NCBI GenBank assembly: GCA_029243605.1
Contig: JAQWRT010000069.1
Location: 22,926 to 86,925 of the forward strand
DNA from: Myxococcota bacterium
GTDB lineage: Bacteria; Myxococcota_A; UBA9160; UBA4427
Length of the DNA: 64,000 nucleotides
Direction: 5' to 3'
In this document: piece after piece, positions 51,113-62,261 of the stretch
Position numbering within the stretch: the stretch's first letter is position 1
How the letters are laid out: the number at the start of each line of letters is the position of its first letter
Notes under the pieces: generated by a model
What the model was told of the DNA's origin: nothing
The model's database searches: none
Seen by the model: the letters and a program-made list of their open reading frames with translations, nothing else
Position numbers and translations under genes: made by a program

Positions 51113-51490
51113 CTAGTCGTCGGCCTCGGCCTCGACCCGATCGACGAGTTCGACGATGGATACCGGCGCGGCATCCCCCGGCCGATAGCCGACCTTGATC
51201 ACCCGGGTATAGCCGCCTGGGCGCTCCCGGTAACGATCAGCCAACTCGCCAAAGACCTTCGACGTGACAGCCGTGTCCCGAATATACGCCTCGGCCTGCC
51301 GACGGGCATGGAGGTCGCCCCGCTTGCCCAGAGTAATCATCCGGTCAGCCACACCACGCAATTCTTTGGCCTTAGCGTCAGTGGTCTGGATTCGCTCGTG
51401 GTCCATGAGCGACGTGACCATATTTCGAAATAGCGCCTTACGGTGCGCGCTGTTTCGCCCAAGTTTCTTACCCGACTTACGGTGCCTCAT
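51113..51490 (-). CDS. rplQ: 50S ribosomal protein L17
   Basis: [28 protein letters not shown] is the canonical bL17 N-terminus. Confidence 0.97.
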   Translation of the reverse strand: MRHRKSGKKLGRNSAHRKALFRNMVTSLMDHERIQTTDAKAKELRGVADRMITLGKRGDLHARRQAEAYIRDTAVTSKVFGELADRYRERPGGYTRVIKVGYRPGDAAPVSIVELVDRVEAEADD

Positions 51491-51493
51491 CGA

Positions 51494-52522
51494 TCAAGCC
51501 TCGCGCTGCTCACGCATCTTCTCGAGTTCACTTCTCACCGGCAGATTTTCGATGGTCATACCGAGGGAAAGCCCCATTGACGCCAGGGTCTCCTTAATCT
51601 CATTCAGCGATTTTCTACCGAAATTCTTCGTCTTGAGCATCTCGCCTTCCGTCTTCATCGCCAACTCACCGATAAAACGAATATTGGCGTTTTGCAAACA
51701 GTTGGCCGAGCGCACGGAAAGCTCGAGCTCATCCACCGACTTGAAGAGGTTCGGGTTGAGGGGCTCGGGCTCCTCAGCCTGGGCGGGCAATGCCTCGTCC
51801 TGCTCTTCGAAGTTGATGAAGATCGTTAGCTGCTCCTTCAAGATCTTAGCCGCATAGGCCACCGCATCCACGGGTTCAACCGCACCATCGGTCCAGACCT
51901 CAAGATTGAGCCTATCGAAGTCGGTCTGCCGACCCACGCGTGCCGGCGTCACGATGTAGTTGACGCGGCGGACGGGCGAGAAGACAGAATCGATGGGGAT
52001 AGTCCCAATCGGCATCTCCTCCGACCGATTCTTGTCAGCCAGCACATACCCCTTGCCGGTCGCCACTGTCGCTTCGAGGTCCAACTCGGCCTCAGAACCC
52101 ATCGTGCAGATAACGCGATCCGGGTTGACAACCTCGATGGTCTGATCATCCGACACGAAATCAGCAGCAGTCACCGTCCCAGCACCCGACTTGCGGATAC
52201 GGATGGCGCGAGGTCCCTCGGAGTGCATCTTCATCCGAACCTCTTTGAGGTTCAGGATGATTTCACTCACATCCTCCATCACACCGGGGATCGTCGAGAA
52301 CTCGTGCAAGACACCAGCCACCCGAACATTCGTGATCGCCGCACCCTGGAGCGAGGAGAGCAGAACTCGACGCAGAGCATTGCCGAGAGTTGTTCCGAAC
52401 CCTCTCTCGAGGGGCTCGCATGAAAATCGACCATAGGTCGACTCCAGAGACGCCTCCTCAAGGTCCAACCGACGCGGACGAATCAAAGTCCGCCAATTCG
52501 CTACAACCAGTTCCTGTTGCAT
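51494..52522 (-). CDS. rpoA: DNA-directed RNA polymerase subunit alpha
   Basis: [34 protein letters not shown] and the C-terminal domain [17 protein letters not shown]. The ATG at 52522 is preceded by AAGGGAGG. The track ORF is extended to 52603. Confidence 0.97.
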   Translation of the reverse strand: MQQELVVANWRTLIRPRRLDLEEASLESTYGRFSCEPLERGFGTTLGNALRRVLLSSLQGAAITNVRVAGVLHEFSTIPGVMEDVSEIILNLKEVRMKMHSEGPRAIRIRKSGAGTVTAADFVSDDQTIEVVNPDRVICTMGSEAELDLEATVATGKGYVLADKNRSEEMPIGTIPIDSVFSPVRRVNYIVTPARVGRQTDFDRLNLEVWTDGAVEPVDAVAYAAKILKEQLTIFINFEEQDEALPAQAEEPEPLNPNLFKSVDELELSVRSANCLQNANIRFIGELAMKTEGEMLKTKNFGRKSLNEIKETLASMGLSLGMTIENLPVRSELEKMREQREA

Positions 52523-52652
52523 GGGAACCTCCCTTGAACTTTCTGTATATCCTACTATGAGGATCTGAGTTTTCCGTGGGCCTGGGCAACGAGCCCCGGA
52601 CACGGGATGACTTGATGCGGAGAAGGCCCTACTGAGCCCCTTCCGGCCTCGC

Positions 52653-53279
52653 CTAGCGCGAGTAGAGTTCGACGATCAGCTGCTCATCAATGGGAAGAGT
52701 GATGTCTTCCCGTACCGGCAACTGCTTGATGGTTCCGACCTTGTCGTCCTTGTCGATTTCGAGCCACTGCGGGACGCTCCGGCCTTCCAGGGTTTCCAGG
52801 GCGCCGGTCACTCGCTCGACCTTGAGAGATCGCTCCCTAAGAGAAACCACCATTCCGGGCTTGACCAGCATCGAAGGCGTCTTGACCTTCGTACCATCGA
52901 TGCGGAAATGTCCGTGCTTGACGAGCTGCCGGGCTTCTGCACGCGAGGTCGCGTAACCGAGCCGGAAGACGACGTTGTCCAAGCGGCGCTCCAGCAAGAT
53001 CAACAGGTTCTCACCCGACCGACCCTTCATGGAAGCCGCACGATCGAATGTCTGGCGAAACTGCTTCTCGAGCAGCCCGTACATCCGCTTGACCTTCTGC
53101 TTCTCTCGCAACTGGACGCCATAATCCGAAAAACGGACGCGCCCTTGGCCATGTACACCCGGCGGATAGGCACGGCGCTCAATCGCGCACTTCTCACTGA
53201 AGCAGCGATCGCCCTTCAAGAAAAGCTTGGTGCCCTCACGCCGACAAAGCCGACAAACTGAACCTCGATATCGCGCCAT
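52653..53279 (-). CDS. rpsD: 30S ribosomal protein S4
   Basis: [26 protein letters not shown]...[16 protein letters not shown]. Confidence 0.97.
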   Translation of the reverse strand: MARYRGSVCRLCRREGTKLFLKGDRCFSEKCAIERRAYPPGVHGQGRVRFSDYGVQLREKQKVKRMYGLLEKQFRQTFDRAASMKGRSGENLLILLERRLDNVVFRLGYATSRAEARQLVKHGHFRIDGTKVKTPSMLVKPGMVVSLRERSLKVERVTGALETLEGRSVPQWLEIDKDDKVGTIKQLPVREDITLPIDEQLIVELYSR

Positions 53280-53289
53280 GACTTGCCTC

Positions 53290-53679
53290 TCAGACTCGCC
53301 GCCGCTTGGGAGGGCGACAACCGTTATGCGGGATGGGTGTGACGTCTCGAATCATCGTGATCTTCATACCGGCCGCCTGCAGCGCGCGCAGAGCGGACTC
53401 ACGACCACCGCCAGGGCCTTTAACCTCGACACCAAGGGCTCGAACGCCGTGTTCCTGGGCCTTTTTCGCGCACTCTTCGGCCGCCATCTGGGCTGCGTAG
53501 GGGGTGGATTTTCTCGACCCCTTAAAGCCCTGCTGGCCGGCGCTCGCCCAGGCAACTGCGTTGCCACCGACGTCGGTAATGGTAATGATCGTATTATTGA
53601 AGGTCGACTGGATATGAGCCACTCCAGTCTGGATATTCTTCTTGACCTTCTTCTTTCGCACTGTCTTCTTGGCTGCCAT
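53290..53679 (-). CDS. rpsK: 30S ribosomal protein S11
   Basis: [30 protein letters not shown]...[11 protein letters not shown]. Confidence 0.97.
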   Translation of the reverse strand: MAAKKTVRKKKVKKNIQTGVAHIQSTFNNTIITITDVGGNAVAWASAGQQGFKGSRKSTPYAAQMAAEECAKKAQEHGVRALGVEVKGPGGGRESALRALQAAGMKITMIRDVTPIPHNGCRPPKRRRV

Positions 53680-53691
53680 ATTATTTTTTGA

Positions 53692-54072
53692 CTACTTCCT
53701 GGGCGCGAGTTTCTTGCCCGCGACGCTCTTGGCCGGACCCTTACGTGTCCGGGCATTAGTATGTGTCCGCTGACCTCGCACGGGAAGATTGCGGCGGTAC
53801 CGCAAGCCCCGATAACAACCGATGTCCATCAGAACCTTGATATTCTGAGTAAGTTCGCGGCGAAGGTCACCCTCCACCTTATAGTCGCTCTCGATGATTT
53901 CCCGAATCTTGATCGCCTCGCTTTCGCTGAGCTGATCCGTCTTCGTGCCGCCATCGATACCCGCCTTCTCACAGATCTCGGTCGCACTCGTGCGGCCGAC
54001 ACCAAAGATATAAGTCAGCGATATTTCGATCCGCTTATTACGCGGCAAGTCCACACCTGCAATTCGCGCCAT
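53692..54072 (-). CDS. rpsM: 30S ribosomal protein S13
   Basis: [30 protein letters not shown]...[24 protein letters not shown]. Confidence 0.97.
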   Translation of the reverse strand: MARIAGVDLPRNKRIEISLTYIFGVGRTSATEICEKAGIDGGTKTDQLSESEAIKIREIIESDYKVEGDLRRELTQNIKVLMDIGCYRGLRYRRNLPVRGQRTHTNARTRKGPAKSVAGKKLAPRK

Positions 54073-54106
54073 GCGCCTCTCCTCTGGATATTTCTACGAA
54101 CCAGGT

Positions 54107-54220
54107 TTAACCCTGGCGCTGCTTGTGCTTCGGATTTTCGCAAATGACACGGACCACGCCCCGACGGCGAATGATCCGGCACTTGTCACACATCTTTCGT
54201 ACTGATGATCGAACTTTCAT
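54107..54220 (-). CDS. rpmJ: 50S ribosomal protein L36
   Basis: Below the ORF-track cutoff. Minus-strand translation is [37 protein letters not shown] (37 aa, Zn-ribbon CxxC...C). It sits in the expected position between map and rpsM. Confidence 0.95.
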   Translation of the reverse strand: MKVRSSVRKMCDKCRIIRRRGVVRVICENPKHKQRQG

Positions 54221-54257
54221 TCTGACTCTTCCTCTTACCGCACGCCTTGCAGGGCGC

Positions 54258-55046
54258 TCAGTGTGATCCCTCTACCTTCGTTAGGACTTCCGGCCCAGCA
54301 TCCGTGATTGCGATGGTATGCTCGAAGTGCGCCGACAATTCCCCGTCCACTGTCGTTGCGGTCCAGCCGTCATCCAAAATTCGTACTTTTTCGCTTCCTA
54401 CGTTCACCATGGGCTCGATGGCGAGCACCATTCCCGCTTTCAAACGCTGCCCTCGCCCCGGCGATCCATAATTCGGAACCTGGGGCGGCTCGTGCATCTC
54501 TCGACCTATCCCGTGGCCAACGAATTGCCTGACTACGGAGAAACCCTCACCTTCGGCAAGCTTTTGAACCGAAGCCCCAATATCCGAGAGGCGCTTGCCC
54601 GGAACCATCTCGTTGATCCCCTCGTAGAGGGATTCCCGAGTGGCCCTCAGGAGTTTCTCGGCCTCGGTGGAAATGGATCCAACCGGAATCGTCACAGCCG
54701 AATCGCCATGGAAGCCGTTGTTTTCCACCCCGAAGTCCAGGCTGAGTATGTCACCCTCCTTGAGTTCGCGCGACCCCGGTATCCCGTGCACGATTTCGTC
54801 GTTGACCGACGCGCAAATCACGGCCGGATACGGGGGAAGCCCCCCGGGTGCGTAATTGAGAAAGGGCGAATTCAGCCCTCTCCGATTGAGCTCTTTCCCT
54901 GCAAATTCGTTGAGTTCGCCCGTCGTTACCCCGGGCTGCGCCCGCTCTCGCAGCTTCATCAGGATCTCTCCGGTGTACTGTCCTACTTCCCTCATCTGAT
55001 CCAGCTCGCGGCGGCTCTTGAGGGTAATCCTCTCTCCGTAGCTCAC
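54258..55046 (-). CDS. map: Type I methionine aminopeptidase
   Basis: [35 protein letters not shown] and EPMVN metal-ligand motifs. The GTG start overlaps the adk stop. Confidence 0.95.
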   Translation of the reverse strand: MSYGERITLKSRRELDQMREVGQYTGEILMKLRERAQPGVTTGELNEFAGKELNRRGLNSPFLNYAPGGLPPYPAVICASVNDEIVHGIPGSRELKEGDILSLDFGVENNGFHGDSAVTIPVGSISTEAEKLLRATRESLYEGINEMVPGKRLSDIGASVQKLAEGEGFSVVRQFVGHGIGREMHEPPQVPNYGSPGRGQRLKAGMVLAIEPMVNVGSEKVRILDDGWTATTVDGELSAHFEHTIAITDAGPEVLTKVEGSH

Positions 55047-55618
55047 GAAGACTCCAGGGTCCCTAGAAGCGCCTTGAAGACTTCGTCCACGCCACCCATC
55101 CCCGAGACCTCTCGCAGCAGGGACTGGCCGCCGTAATAGTCCAAGAGCGGCGCCGTCTGGGCCTCATAGACCCGCATCCGCTCCCGAATGGTTTCCTCAT
55201 TATCGTCCGCTCGACCTTCGATCTCGGCCCGCTTGAGCAATCGCTCGACCACCGCTTCGGTATCCACCGTGAGTGCCAAGCAGCAATCCAGCCCCGAGCC
55301 CATGCTCTCGAGCAACTCGTTCAGCGCCTTGGCTTGGGCCAGGGTTCGGGGGAAGCCATCGAGGATAAAACCCTTCTGGGCATCGCTCTCCGCCAGCCGC
55401 TCGCCCGCGATTCCGATCACGATCTCGTCGCTCACCAGCTGCCCGGCGTCCATCACGGCCTTCGCCTTCAGGCCCACCGGAGTTCCGGCGGCGACTGCAG
55501 CCCGCAACATATCGCCCGTAGAGATATGCGGGATAGCAAGAGTCTCCATCAGGCGAGCCGCCTGGGTCCCCTTGCCTGCGCCGGGTGCGCCGAGAAGAAC
55601 GATGTTCGTCGCGCTCAT
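55043..55618 (-). CDS. adk: Adenylate kinase
   Basis: MSATNIVLLGAPGAGKGTQA...HISTGDMLR...GFILDGFPRT. It has a short LID region without a Zn-finger cysteine cluster. The ATG at 55618 overlaps the secY stop (ATGA). The track ORF extends to 55798. Confidence 0.95.
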   Translation of the reverse strand: MSATNIVLLGAPGAGKGTQAARLMETLAIPHISTGDMLRAAVAAGTPVGLKAKAVMDAGQLVSDEIVIGIAGERLAESDAQKGFILDGFPRTLAQAKALNELLESMGSGLDCCLALTVDTEAVVERLLKRAEIEGRADDNEETIRERMRVYEAQTAPLLDYYGGQSLLREVSGMGGVDEVFKALLGTLESS

Positions 55619-56925
55619 TGGCCTAATCGTCCCCGCATCCGGCCGCCCTTCACAAAGCCCTCGTAATGCCGAGAAACCATATGCGCGTCGATCTGGCCCA
55701 CCGTATCCAAGGAAACGCCCACCACAATCAACAGCGCAGTGCCTCCGAAATAAAAGGGCACATTCATGCGAGTGGAAAGAATCACCGGCAGCAAACAAAC
55801 CAGGGACACATAGATCGCCCCGATGAACGTCAGCCGACTCAGCACCTTGTCGATGTACTCGGCGGTGTGCTTGCCCGGACGGATACCGGGAATATAGCCT
55901 CCGGACCGCTTGATATTTTCTGATACATCGACAGGGTTGATAATGATCGCCGTGTAGAAGAAACAGAAGAATACGATCAGGAAGACGTAGACCAAGTTGT
56001 AGGTCAGGTCGCCAGGGTTAAGGAATCTGTCGATAAAGCTTTGAACCGTTGGGTTGTCGCTAAACTGCCGCACCGTCAACGGGAACATCAGCAACGAGGA
56101 GGCAAAGATCGGGGGGATAACGCCCGCCGAGTTGACCCGCAGCGGGAAATAGCTCATGCCACCCTGGGCAACCTGCTTTCCAACCGCTCGTCGCGCATGT
56201 TGGATGGGAATGCGCCGTTGGCCTCTCTCGACAAAGACAACTACGCCGACCACGACCAGCGCGAAGACCAGAACCAGGCCCGCCTGCAGGATCGAGAACT
56301 GGTCGTTCCGAATCATGTCGGCCAGATTCGAGAGTCCCGAAGGGATGCTCACAACGATTCCCGAGAAAATGATCAGGGAAATCCCGTTGCCGATCCCGCG
56401 CTCGGTCACCTGCTCACCCAGCCACATAATGAATGCTGTGCCCGACGTCAGCGTCACCATGGTGACAATCCGGAAGCCCCAGCCCGGGTAGAGGACCGCG
56501 CCCTCGCCAAACTGACCACCCTCCAGCGCAAAAGCGATCAGGAGGCTCTGGAATAGGGCCAAGACAATCGTGGCATAACGAGACCACTGATTGATTTTCT
56601 TCTGGCCCTGCTCCCCTTCCTTCTTCAGCGCTTCGAGAGCGGGAATGACCACCGTCAGGAGCTGAAAAATAATGGTCGCGCTGATATAGGGCATGATCCC
56701 GAGGGCAAAGATGGAGAGCTGCTCCATCGCACCACCCGAAAACAAGTTCATGAGCCCAAAAACGGTCCCCTGCATCTGGGCAAAGAAGTCCTTGATGACC
56801 TGGGAGTTGATCCCTGGTGTCACCACAACACAACCTACCCGGTAAACGGCCAGCATTCCGAATGTAAAGAGAATGCGGGACCTGAGTTCCGGGATGCGCC
56901 AGATATTTTGGAATCCGCTCGTCAT
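55615..56925 (-). CDS. secY: Protein translocase subunit SecY
   Basis: 10-TM protein with LFSGGAMEQLSIFALGIMPYISATIIFQLL and GGYIPGIRPG motifs. Confidence 0.97.
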   Translation of the reverse strand: MTSGFQNIWRIPELRSRILFTFGMLAVYRVGCVVVTPGINSQVIKDFFAQMQGTVFGLMNLFSGGAMEQLSIFALGIMPYISATIIFQLLTVVIPALEALKKEGEQGQKKINQWSRYATIVLALFQSLLIAFALEGGQFGEGAVLYPGWGFRIVTMVTLTSGTAFIMWLGEQVTERGIGNGISLIIFSGIVVSIPSGLSNLADMIRNDQFSILQAGLVLVFALVVVGVVVFVERGQRRIPIQHARRAVGKQVAQGGMSYFPLRVNSAGVIPPIFASSLLMFPLTVRQFSDNPTVQSFIDRFLNPGDLTYNLVYVFLIVFFCFFYTAIIINPVDVSENIKRSGGYIPGIRPGKHTAEYIDKVLSRLTFIGAIYVSLVCLLPVILSTRMNVPFYFGGTALLIVVGVSLDTVGQIDAHMVSRHYEGFVKGGRMRGRLGQ

Positions 56926-57362
56926 GCGATGAGTTCCACGCTTCCGCCAGCCGCCTCTATCTTGGTTCGCGCTCCTGCGCTCACCCGATGCAGCTTGATT
57001 GTCAGATTTTTCGGGGCATCACCCTCGCCGAGCAGCTTGATCGCCGCTCCGGAACCCCGAACTAGACCATTCTGAACCAGCGCATCCTGGTCGACGGTCG
57101 CGCCGTCGCCGAGCCTGGACAACTCGCCCACATTCACGATCTCCACTTCCTTTCGGAAGGGATTCTTGAACCCACGCTTGGGAACGCGCTGGGTCAAGGG
57201 CATCTGACCGCCCTCAAACCACGCCTTTATCTTCTTGCCAGAGCGAGTGCCCTGACCCTTGACTCCCGTGCCGGCTGTCTTGCCCAGCCCGGAGCCAGGT
57301 CCGCGCCCAACTCTTCGACGATTTCGCTTTGCGCCCGGCCTCGGGCTCAGTCGATCAAGCAT
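56922..57362 (-). CDS. rplO: 50S ribosomal protein L15
   Basis: RRVGRGPGSGLGKTAGTGVKGQ...FEGGQMPLTQRVPKRGF. Confidence 0.97.
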   Translation of the reverse strand: MLDRLSPRPGAKRNRRRVGRGPGSGLGKTAGTGVKGQGTRSGKKIKAWFEGGQMPLTQRVPKRGFKNPFRKEVEIVNVGELSRLGDGATVDQDALVQNGLVRGSGAAIKLLGEGDAPKNLTIKLHRVSAGARTKIEAAGGSVELIA

Positions 57363-57366
57363 CTCT

Positions 57367-57555
57367 CTACTCCTCGACCACCACTACGAGATGGCTGACT
57401 TTATTGATCATTCCACGCACCGAGGGCGTGTCCTCAACCTGCACTACCTGGTGCAATTTTCGAATCCCCAGACCAACCAGCGTGGCTCGCTGGCGCCTGT
57501 TATAACCGATCGCGCTTTTGACCTGCTTAAGCGTAATCATCGCCTTCCCAGCCAT
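57367..57555 (-). CDS. rpmD: 50S ribosomal protein L30
   Basis: [32 protein letters not shown]. Confidence 0.93.
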   Translation of the reverse strand: MAGKAMITLKQVKSAIGYNRRQRATLVGLGIRKLHQVVQVEDTPSVRGMINKVSHLVVVVEE

Positions 57556-58058
57556 CAGCGTGCCCTTCCAAGCTCGGACAACCGCTCCTCGGGATCCCGC
57601 AACTCCTGGAGCCCCGCCATCACTGCGTTGACGACGTTTCGGGGATTATTCGTCCCCAGGGTCTTCGTCAAGATATCGTGAACACCCGCTGACTCGACAA
57701 TTGCTCGAACCGGCCCACCAGCTATAACCCCCGTACCGGGCGAAGCCGGCTTGAGCATTACGCGGCCTGCACCAAAGCGCCCCAATACTTCGTGAGGGAG
57801 CGTGCCCTCAACCAGGGGAATTCGAATCAAAGCCTTGCGAGCCTTCTCGACGCCTTTTCGGATGGCCTCGGGAACCTCGCCCGCCTTGCCCAGCCCCACG
57901 CCAACGAGTCCATTCCCGTCACCGACGACCACAAGGGCGCTAAAGCTGAACCGGCGACCACCCTTGACCACCTTCGCAACACGGTTGATGTGCACAACGC
58001 GGTCCGTAAGGTCGTGATCATTCGGATTGATCTGAGACGATTTAATCATTTGAGCCAT
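57555..58058 (-). CDS. rpsE: 30S ribosomal protein S5
   Basis: [49 protein letters not shown]. Confidence 0.97.
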   Translation of the reverse strand: MAQMIKSSQINPNDHDLTDRVVHINRVAKVVKGGRRFSFSALVVVGDGNGLVGVGLGKAGEVPEAIRKGVEKARKALIRIPLVEGTLPHEVLGRFGAGRVMLKPASPGTGVIAGGPVRAIVESAGVHDILTKTLGTNNPRNVVNAVMAGLQELRDPEERLSELGRAR

Positions 58059-58059
58059 A

Positions 58060-58428
58060 TTAGAACTGAAGCCCCGCTTCCCTGGCTGCGTCGGCCAGGG
58101 CTTTTACGCGCCCGTGGTAGAGGAAGCCGTTGCGATTGAAGACTACCCGGTCGATCTGTTTTTCTTTGGCAAGTGCCGCGAGGGCCGCTCCGACCTTCTT
58201 TGCGGCCTCGATATTTCCTGTTTTCCCATCCCCGGTAATCGAGGGGCTCAGGGTGGAAACGCCACCCAGAGTGGCCCCAGACTTGGGGTCTAGGAGCTGA
58301 GCATAGATATGCTTCGAGCTCCTGAAGACCTTCACCACGGGCCGGTCGGTACGCGCCACGGCCTTGTTGGTGCGGGCTCGTCGCGCATTCCATTTGCGTC
58401 GCTTCTCTTCCAGAACAGAATTCTTCAT
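58060..58428 (-). CDS. rplR: 50S ribosomal protein L18
   Basis: [19 protein letters not shown]...[29 protein letters not shown] at 58428. The track ORF is extended to 58554, into rplF. Confidence 0.95.
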   Translation of the reverse strand: MKNSVLEEKRRKWNARRARTNKAVARTDRPVVKVFRSSKHIYAQLLDPKSGATLGGVSTLSPSITGDGKTGNIEAAKKVGAALAALAKEKQIDRVVFNRNGFLYHGRVKALADAAREAGLQF

Positions 58429-58435
58429 AAGAACC

Positions 58436-58975
58436 TCAGGCCGCTCCCGTCTTGCCAACCTTGCGGCGAATGTGCTCGCCTTCGTAACGAATACCCTTAC
58501 CCTTATAGGGTTCGGGCGGGCGCAGCTTGCGGATATCCGCGGCAAACTGGCCAACAGCCTGCTTGTCCGTGCCCTCGATCTTCAGCTTAGTGTTTCCGTC
58601 CATCGCGACCGAGAGACCCTCGGGCACCGGCATCTCGACGGGATGAGAAAAGCCGAGGGTCAGCATCAGGGTTTTTCCCTTCACTTCGGCTCGATAGCCG
58701 ACACCCTCGATCTCAAGACTCTTCGAGAAACCCTCGGTCACACCCATGACCATGTTATTCGCAAGAGCTCGAGCGAGACCATGCTGAGCCCGCGTCTGCT
58801 TCTTGTCGTCCTCACGGGTAAGCACCAGTTTCCCATCCTCGATCGCCGCGCTGATCACGGACGGGAGCGGGCCAACCAGGCTGCCCTTCGGGCCCTTCAC
58901 CTTGATTTCGGCATCTCCGACGCTGACATCCACTCCATCGGGGAGCGCGATCGGCTTCTTTCCAATTCGGGACAT
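58436..58975 (-). CDS. rplF: 50S ribosomal protein L6
   Basis: MSRIGKKPIALPDGVDV...LEIEGVGYRAEVKG...PEPYKGKGIRY. Confidence 0.97.
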   Translation of the reverse strand: MSRIGKKPIALPDGVDVSVGDAEIKVKGPKGSLVGPLPSVISAAIEDGKLVLTREDDKKQTRAQHGLARALANNMVMGVTEGFSKSLEIEGVGYRAEVKGKTLMLTLGFSHPVEMPVPEGLSVAMDGNTKLKIEGTDKQAVGQFAADIRKLRPPEPYKGKGIRYEGEHIRRKVGKTGAA

Positions 58976-58977
58976 CT

Positions 58978-59373
58978 CTACCAGACCTCACAAATCACTT
59001 CGCCGCCCACCTTCTGGGCTCGCGCATCACGATCGCACATCACGCCCTTGGAAGTAGACAGCACGGTCATGCCCAATCCACCTCGCACCTCGCGTACATC
59101 CGAAGCTCCGAGGTATACGCGACGGCCAGGACGGCTGACGCGCTGAATCCTGTCGATCATCGGCCCACCAGAATTGGAGTACCTGAGGTCGATTACCAGG
59201 GTGGGCTTCTTTTCGTCGCTCTCTGTCCTCACGGGGCCAACAAAGCCCTCCGCGCTCAGAACTCCGGCAACTGCCATCTTGAGCTTTGAGGAGGGGCAGC
59301 GAATCTCGGCGTGATTCACACGGCCGGCATTCCTGATCCTCGTGAGCATGTCACCTATCGGGTCGGTCATCAT
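58978..59373 (-). CDS. rpsH: 30S ribosomal protein S8
   Basis: MMTDPIGDMLTRIRNAGRVNH...GGEVICEVW. Confidence 0.97.
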   Translation of the reverse strand: MMTDPIGDMLTRIRNAGRVNHAEIRCPSSKLKMAVAGVLSAEGFVGPVRTESDEKKPTLVIDLRYSNSGGPMIDRIQRVSRPGRRVYLGASDVREVRGGLGMTVLSTSKGVMCDRDARAQKVGGEVICEVW

Positions 59374-59386
59374 GATGGATAATCCC

Positions 59387-59929
59387 TTACGGCCTGAAAG
59401 GCACGCCCAGGTGCCTCAGCAGTGCTCTTCCTTCTGCGTCAGTTGCTGCGCTCGTCACCATCGTCACGTTCATACCGGTCACGCGCTCTACTGCGTCATA
59501 GTCCACTTCCGGGAAGATCGTCTGATCGCGAACTCCCAGCGTGTAGTTGCCACGGCCGTCGAAAGCTTTCTCCGAAACCCCGCCAAAATCTCGAACCCGA
59601 GGAAGAGCCACGGTAAAGAGGCGGTCGAGGAACTCCCACATTCGCTTGCCTCGCAGAGTGACCATGGCACCGATGCCCTGCCCTTCTCGCAAACGAAAGT
59701 TAGAGACGCTCTTCTTCGCCCTTCTCAAGGCCGGCTTCTGGCCGGTAATCGAGGTCAGCTCTTCCATTGCCTTGTCCAGCAATTTGGAGTTCTGGGTCGC
59801 CTCACCCATGCCGATATTCACAACCACCTTCGTCATCGTGGGTACCTGGTGCGGATTCCGATATCCAAACTCCTCCTTGAGTTTGGAAACGATCTCCTCC
59901 TGATACCGCTCTTGCAAACGGGCGGCCAT
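59387..59929 (-). CDS. rplE: 50S ribosomal protein L5
   Basis: [27 protein letters not shown]...VVNIGMGEA...[19 protein letters not shown]. Confidence 0.97.
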   Translation of the reverse strand: MAARLQERYQEEIVSKLKEEFGYRNPHQVPTMTKVVVNIGMGEATQNSKLLDKAMEELTSITGQKPALRRAKKSVSNFRLREGQGIGAMVTLRGKRMWEFLDRLFTVALPRVRDFGGVSEKAFDGRGNYTLGVRDQTIFPEVDYDAVERVTGMNVTMVTSAATDAEGRALLRHLGVPFRP

Positions 59930-60298
59930 CTAAAGTACCTCCGGCGCCAATGAGACGATTTTCATAAACCCGCGCCCTCGCAACTCCCGGGCAACGGGTC
60001 CGAAAATACGCGTTCCAACTACTTCTTTGTCGTTGCTCAAGAGGACCGCGGCATTCTCGTCAAAGAGAATATGCGAACCGTCAGGCCGCCCGATCCCCTT
60101 CTTGGTCCGAACAATTACGGCGCGTCGTACCTCGCCCTTCTTGACTCGGCCATTGGGAATCGCCTCCTTTATGGCGACGATAATGACGTCCCCAACGGAT
60201 GCGAACCGGCGCCGCGACCCGCCAAGCACACGAATGCACTTGACTTTGCGCGCCCCTGAATTGTCAGCAACCGACAATGTCGACTCTGCTTGAATCAT
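59930..60298 (-). CDS. rplN: 50S ribosomal protein L14
   Basis: [27 protein letters not shown]...[13 protein letters not shown]. The TAG stop (59932-59930) directly abuts the rplE ATG (59929). Confidence 0.97.
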   Translation of the reverse strand: MIQAESTLSVADNSGARKVKCIRVLGGSRRRFASVGDVIIVAIKEAIPNGRVKKGEVRRAVIVRTKKGIGRPDGSHILFDENAAVLLSNDKEVVGTRIFGPVARELRGRGFMKIVSLAPEVL

Positions 60299-60309
60299 CT
60301 GCGCTCTTC

Positions 60310-60573
60310 CTAGACCCCGGTGGCCCTGGTGACTGTTTCCTGCACCATCCAGCGTTTACGCTTGGACATCGGGCGGTGCTCGATGATCCTCACTTGATCA
60401 CCAGCCTTGCAGTCATTGTTTTCATCGTGTGCAACGAAACGGGAATATCGGCGAATATATTTCTTGTATCGCCGATCTTGGACGAGTCGCTCAACACGAA
60501 CGACTACGGTCTTGTCCATTTTGTCACTGACGACAGTTCCGACCATGGTTCTCTTATTTCCTCGCTCGCTCAC
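60310..60573 (-). CDS. rpsQ: 30S ribosomal protein S17
   Basis: [42 protein letters not shown]. Confidence 0.96.
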   Translation of the reverse strand: MSERGNKRTMVGTVVSDKMDKTVVVRVERLVQDRRYKKYIRRYSRFVAHDENNDCKAGDQVRIIEHRPMSKRKRWMVQETVTRATGV

Positions 60574-60767
60574 TTGTTCGCCTCTTGCTTCTCTTGCAAC
60601 GCGGTTTCAACCCGAGCAATTTGCTTCCGCAGCCTTGACAACTTCGCGGTATCTTCCAACTGCCCAGTCGCGTGCTTTACCCTCGCATTGAACAACTCGT
60701 CGCGAATTTCGCGTACTTTCTGTTCCAGCTCACCTACGGCAAGCTTCCGAATCTCTGCTGCTTCCAT
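60570..60767 (-). CDS. rpmC: 50S ribosomal protein L29
   Basis: EIRKLAVGELEQKVREIRDELFNARVKHATGQLEDTAKL. Confidence 0.93.
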   Translation of the reverse strand: MEAAEIRKLAVGELEQKVREIRDELFNARVKHATGQLEDTAKLSRLRKQIARVETALQEKQEANK

Positions 60768-60769
60768 TT

Positions 60770-61180
60770 CTATTCCTCCCGCTCGACGAAACGAGTCGGA
60801 ATCGGCAGCTTGTGAGCCGCCAGCCGGAGGGCTTCTCGGGCGACGGAGGGCTCTACCCCTTCGAGCTCGTAGAGCACCCGCCCGCGCTTCACCCTAGCCA
60901 CCCAGGCTTCGGGATTGCCCTTACCTTTACCCATTCGAGTTTCAGCCGGCTTCTTGCTGACCGGCTTGTCAGGGAAAAGACGGATCCAAACCTTCCCGCC
61001 ACGCTTGATGTGGCGAGTCATCGCGATACGAGCTGCCTCGATCTGGCGAGCGGTAATAAAACCGGTTCCCAGAGCTTGGAGCCCAAAATCACCAAATGAA
61101 ACTTGGTTTCCGCGCCAGGCCTTGCCTCGGAGGCGGCCCTTCTGGACTTTTCTATGTTTGACTTTCCGCGGCTGCAACAT
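60770..61180 (-). CDS. rplP: 50S ribosomal protein L16
   Basis: [19 protein letters not shown]...[32 protein letters not shown]. Confidence 0.97.
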   Translation of the reverse strand: MLQPRKVKHRKVQKGRLRGKAWRGNQVSFGDFGLQALGTGFITARQIEAARIAMTRHIKRGGKVWIRLFPDKPVSKKPAETRMGKGKGNPEAWVARVKRGRVLYELEGVEPSVAREALRLAAHKLPIPTRFVEREE

Positions 61181-61195
61181 CGCGCGTTATCTCCC

Positions 61196-61891
61196 CTACC
61201 TGCTCGGTCCCGATCCAGTGACTTCCCCGGGAGCGTCGTGGTTCAGCGGCCCCTTGCGGAGTTCCTTGTCACCGACCTCACCCTTAAAGATCCAGCACTT
61301 CACTCCGACGATCCCGTAGGTCGTCCGTGCTTCAGCAAAGCCATACTCGACTTCGGCGCGAAGCGTGTGAAGCGGCACCCGACCGTCGCGGTACCACTCT
61401 CGCCGGCCCATCTCGGCACCACCAAGACGCCCGGAGCACTGAATCCGAATTCCCTCGGCACCAAATTTCATGGTGGCGATCATTGCCTTCTTCATCGCAC
61501 GTCGAAAAGCGACTCTTCGCTCGAGCTGTGTCGCGATATTCTCAGCCACCAGCTGGGCATCGAGCTCCGCCTTACGGATCTCCTTGACGTTGATGAAAAT
61601 GTCTCGGTCGGAGATCTTCTTCAACTCGTCGCGAAGAACGTCAACCTCGGCGCCGCGCTTCCCGATAAGAATCCCCGGCCTAGCCGTATGAATATTCGCT
61701 ACGAGCTTGTCGCCTGTGCGCTCAATCACGACCTTTGAAATGCCGGCGTGATAAAGCTTCTTCTTGATGAAGCTACGCACAGCAATATCTTCGTGCAATT
61801 GCTCGGCATAGTGCTTATCGGCAAACCAGTTTGACTGCCAGCCGTAAAGGGTGCCGACCCGAAAGCCGTAGGGATGGACCTTTTGACCCAC
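61196..61891 (-). CDS. rpsC: 30S ribosomal protein S3
   Basis: [13 protein letters not shown]...KH domain...[26 protein letters not shown]. Confidence 0.97.
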   Translation of the reverse strand: MGQKVHPYGFRVGTLYGWQSNWFADKHYAEQLHEDIAVRSFIKKKLYHAGISKVVIERTGDKLVANIHTARPGILIGKRGAEVDVLRDELKKISDRDIFINVKEIRKAELDAQLVAENIATQLERRVAFRRAMKKAMIATMKFGAEGIRIQCSGRLGGAEMGRREWYRDGRVPLHTLRAEVEYGFAEARTTYGIVGVKCWIFKGEVGDKELRKGPLNHDAPGEVTGSGPSR

Positions 61892-61912
61892 GTTGTCTCC
61901 TCGATCTTTCCG

Positions 61913-62260
61913 CTAGTTATCCGCGAGAACCACAGTGATGTGGCTGGCGCGCTTCTGAACCCAACTTGCTCGACCCTGAGCACGCGGACGGATACGCCAC
62001 ATGCTGGGTCCTTCATCTACCGTGATCTTGCTGACGATCAAGCTGTCGACGTCGATGCCTGCCGACTTCTCGTCGTTTCGATTTTCTGCGTTCGCCACCG
62101 CAGAACGAAGCAACTTCTCGATCGCCGACGCGGACTTCTTAGGCGACAGCGAAAGGATATTCAGCGCTTCCTCCACGCCCTTACCGCGGACCTGATCAGC
62201 GACAAGGCGAGCCTTGAAGGCGCTTACTCGAAAGCCGTTAAGCGAAGCTCGAACCTCCAT
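61913..62260 (-). CDS. rplV: 50S ribosomal protein L22
   Basis: [23 protein letters not shown]...[18 protein letters not shown]. Confidence 0.96.
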   Translation of the reverse strand: MEVRASLNGFRVSAFKARLVADQVRGKGVEEALNILSLSPKKSASAIEKLLRSAVANAENRNDEKSAGIDVDSLIVSKITVDEGPSMWRIRPRAQGRASWVQKRASHITVVLADN

Positions 62261-62261
62261 A

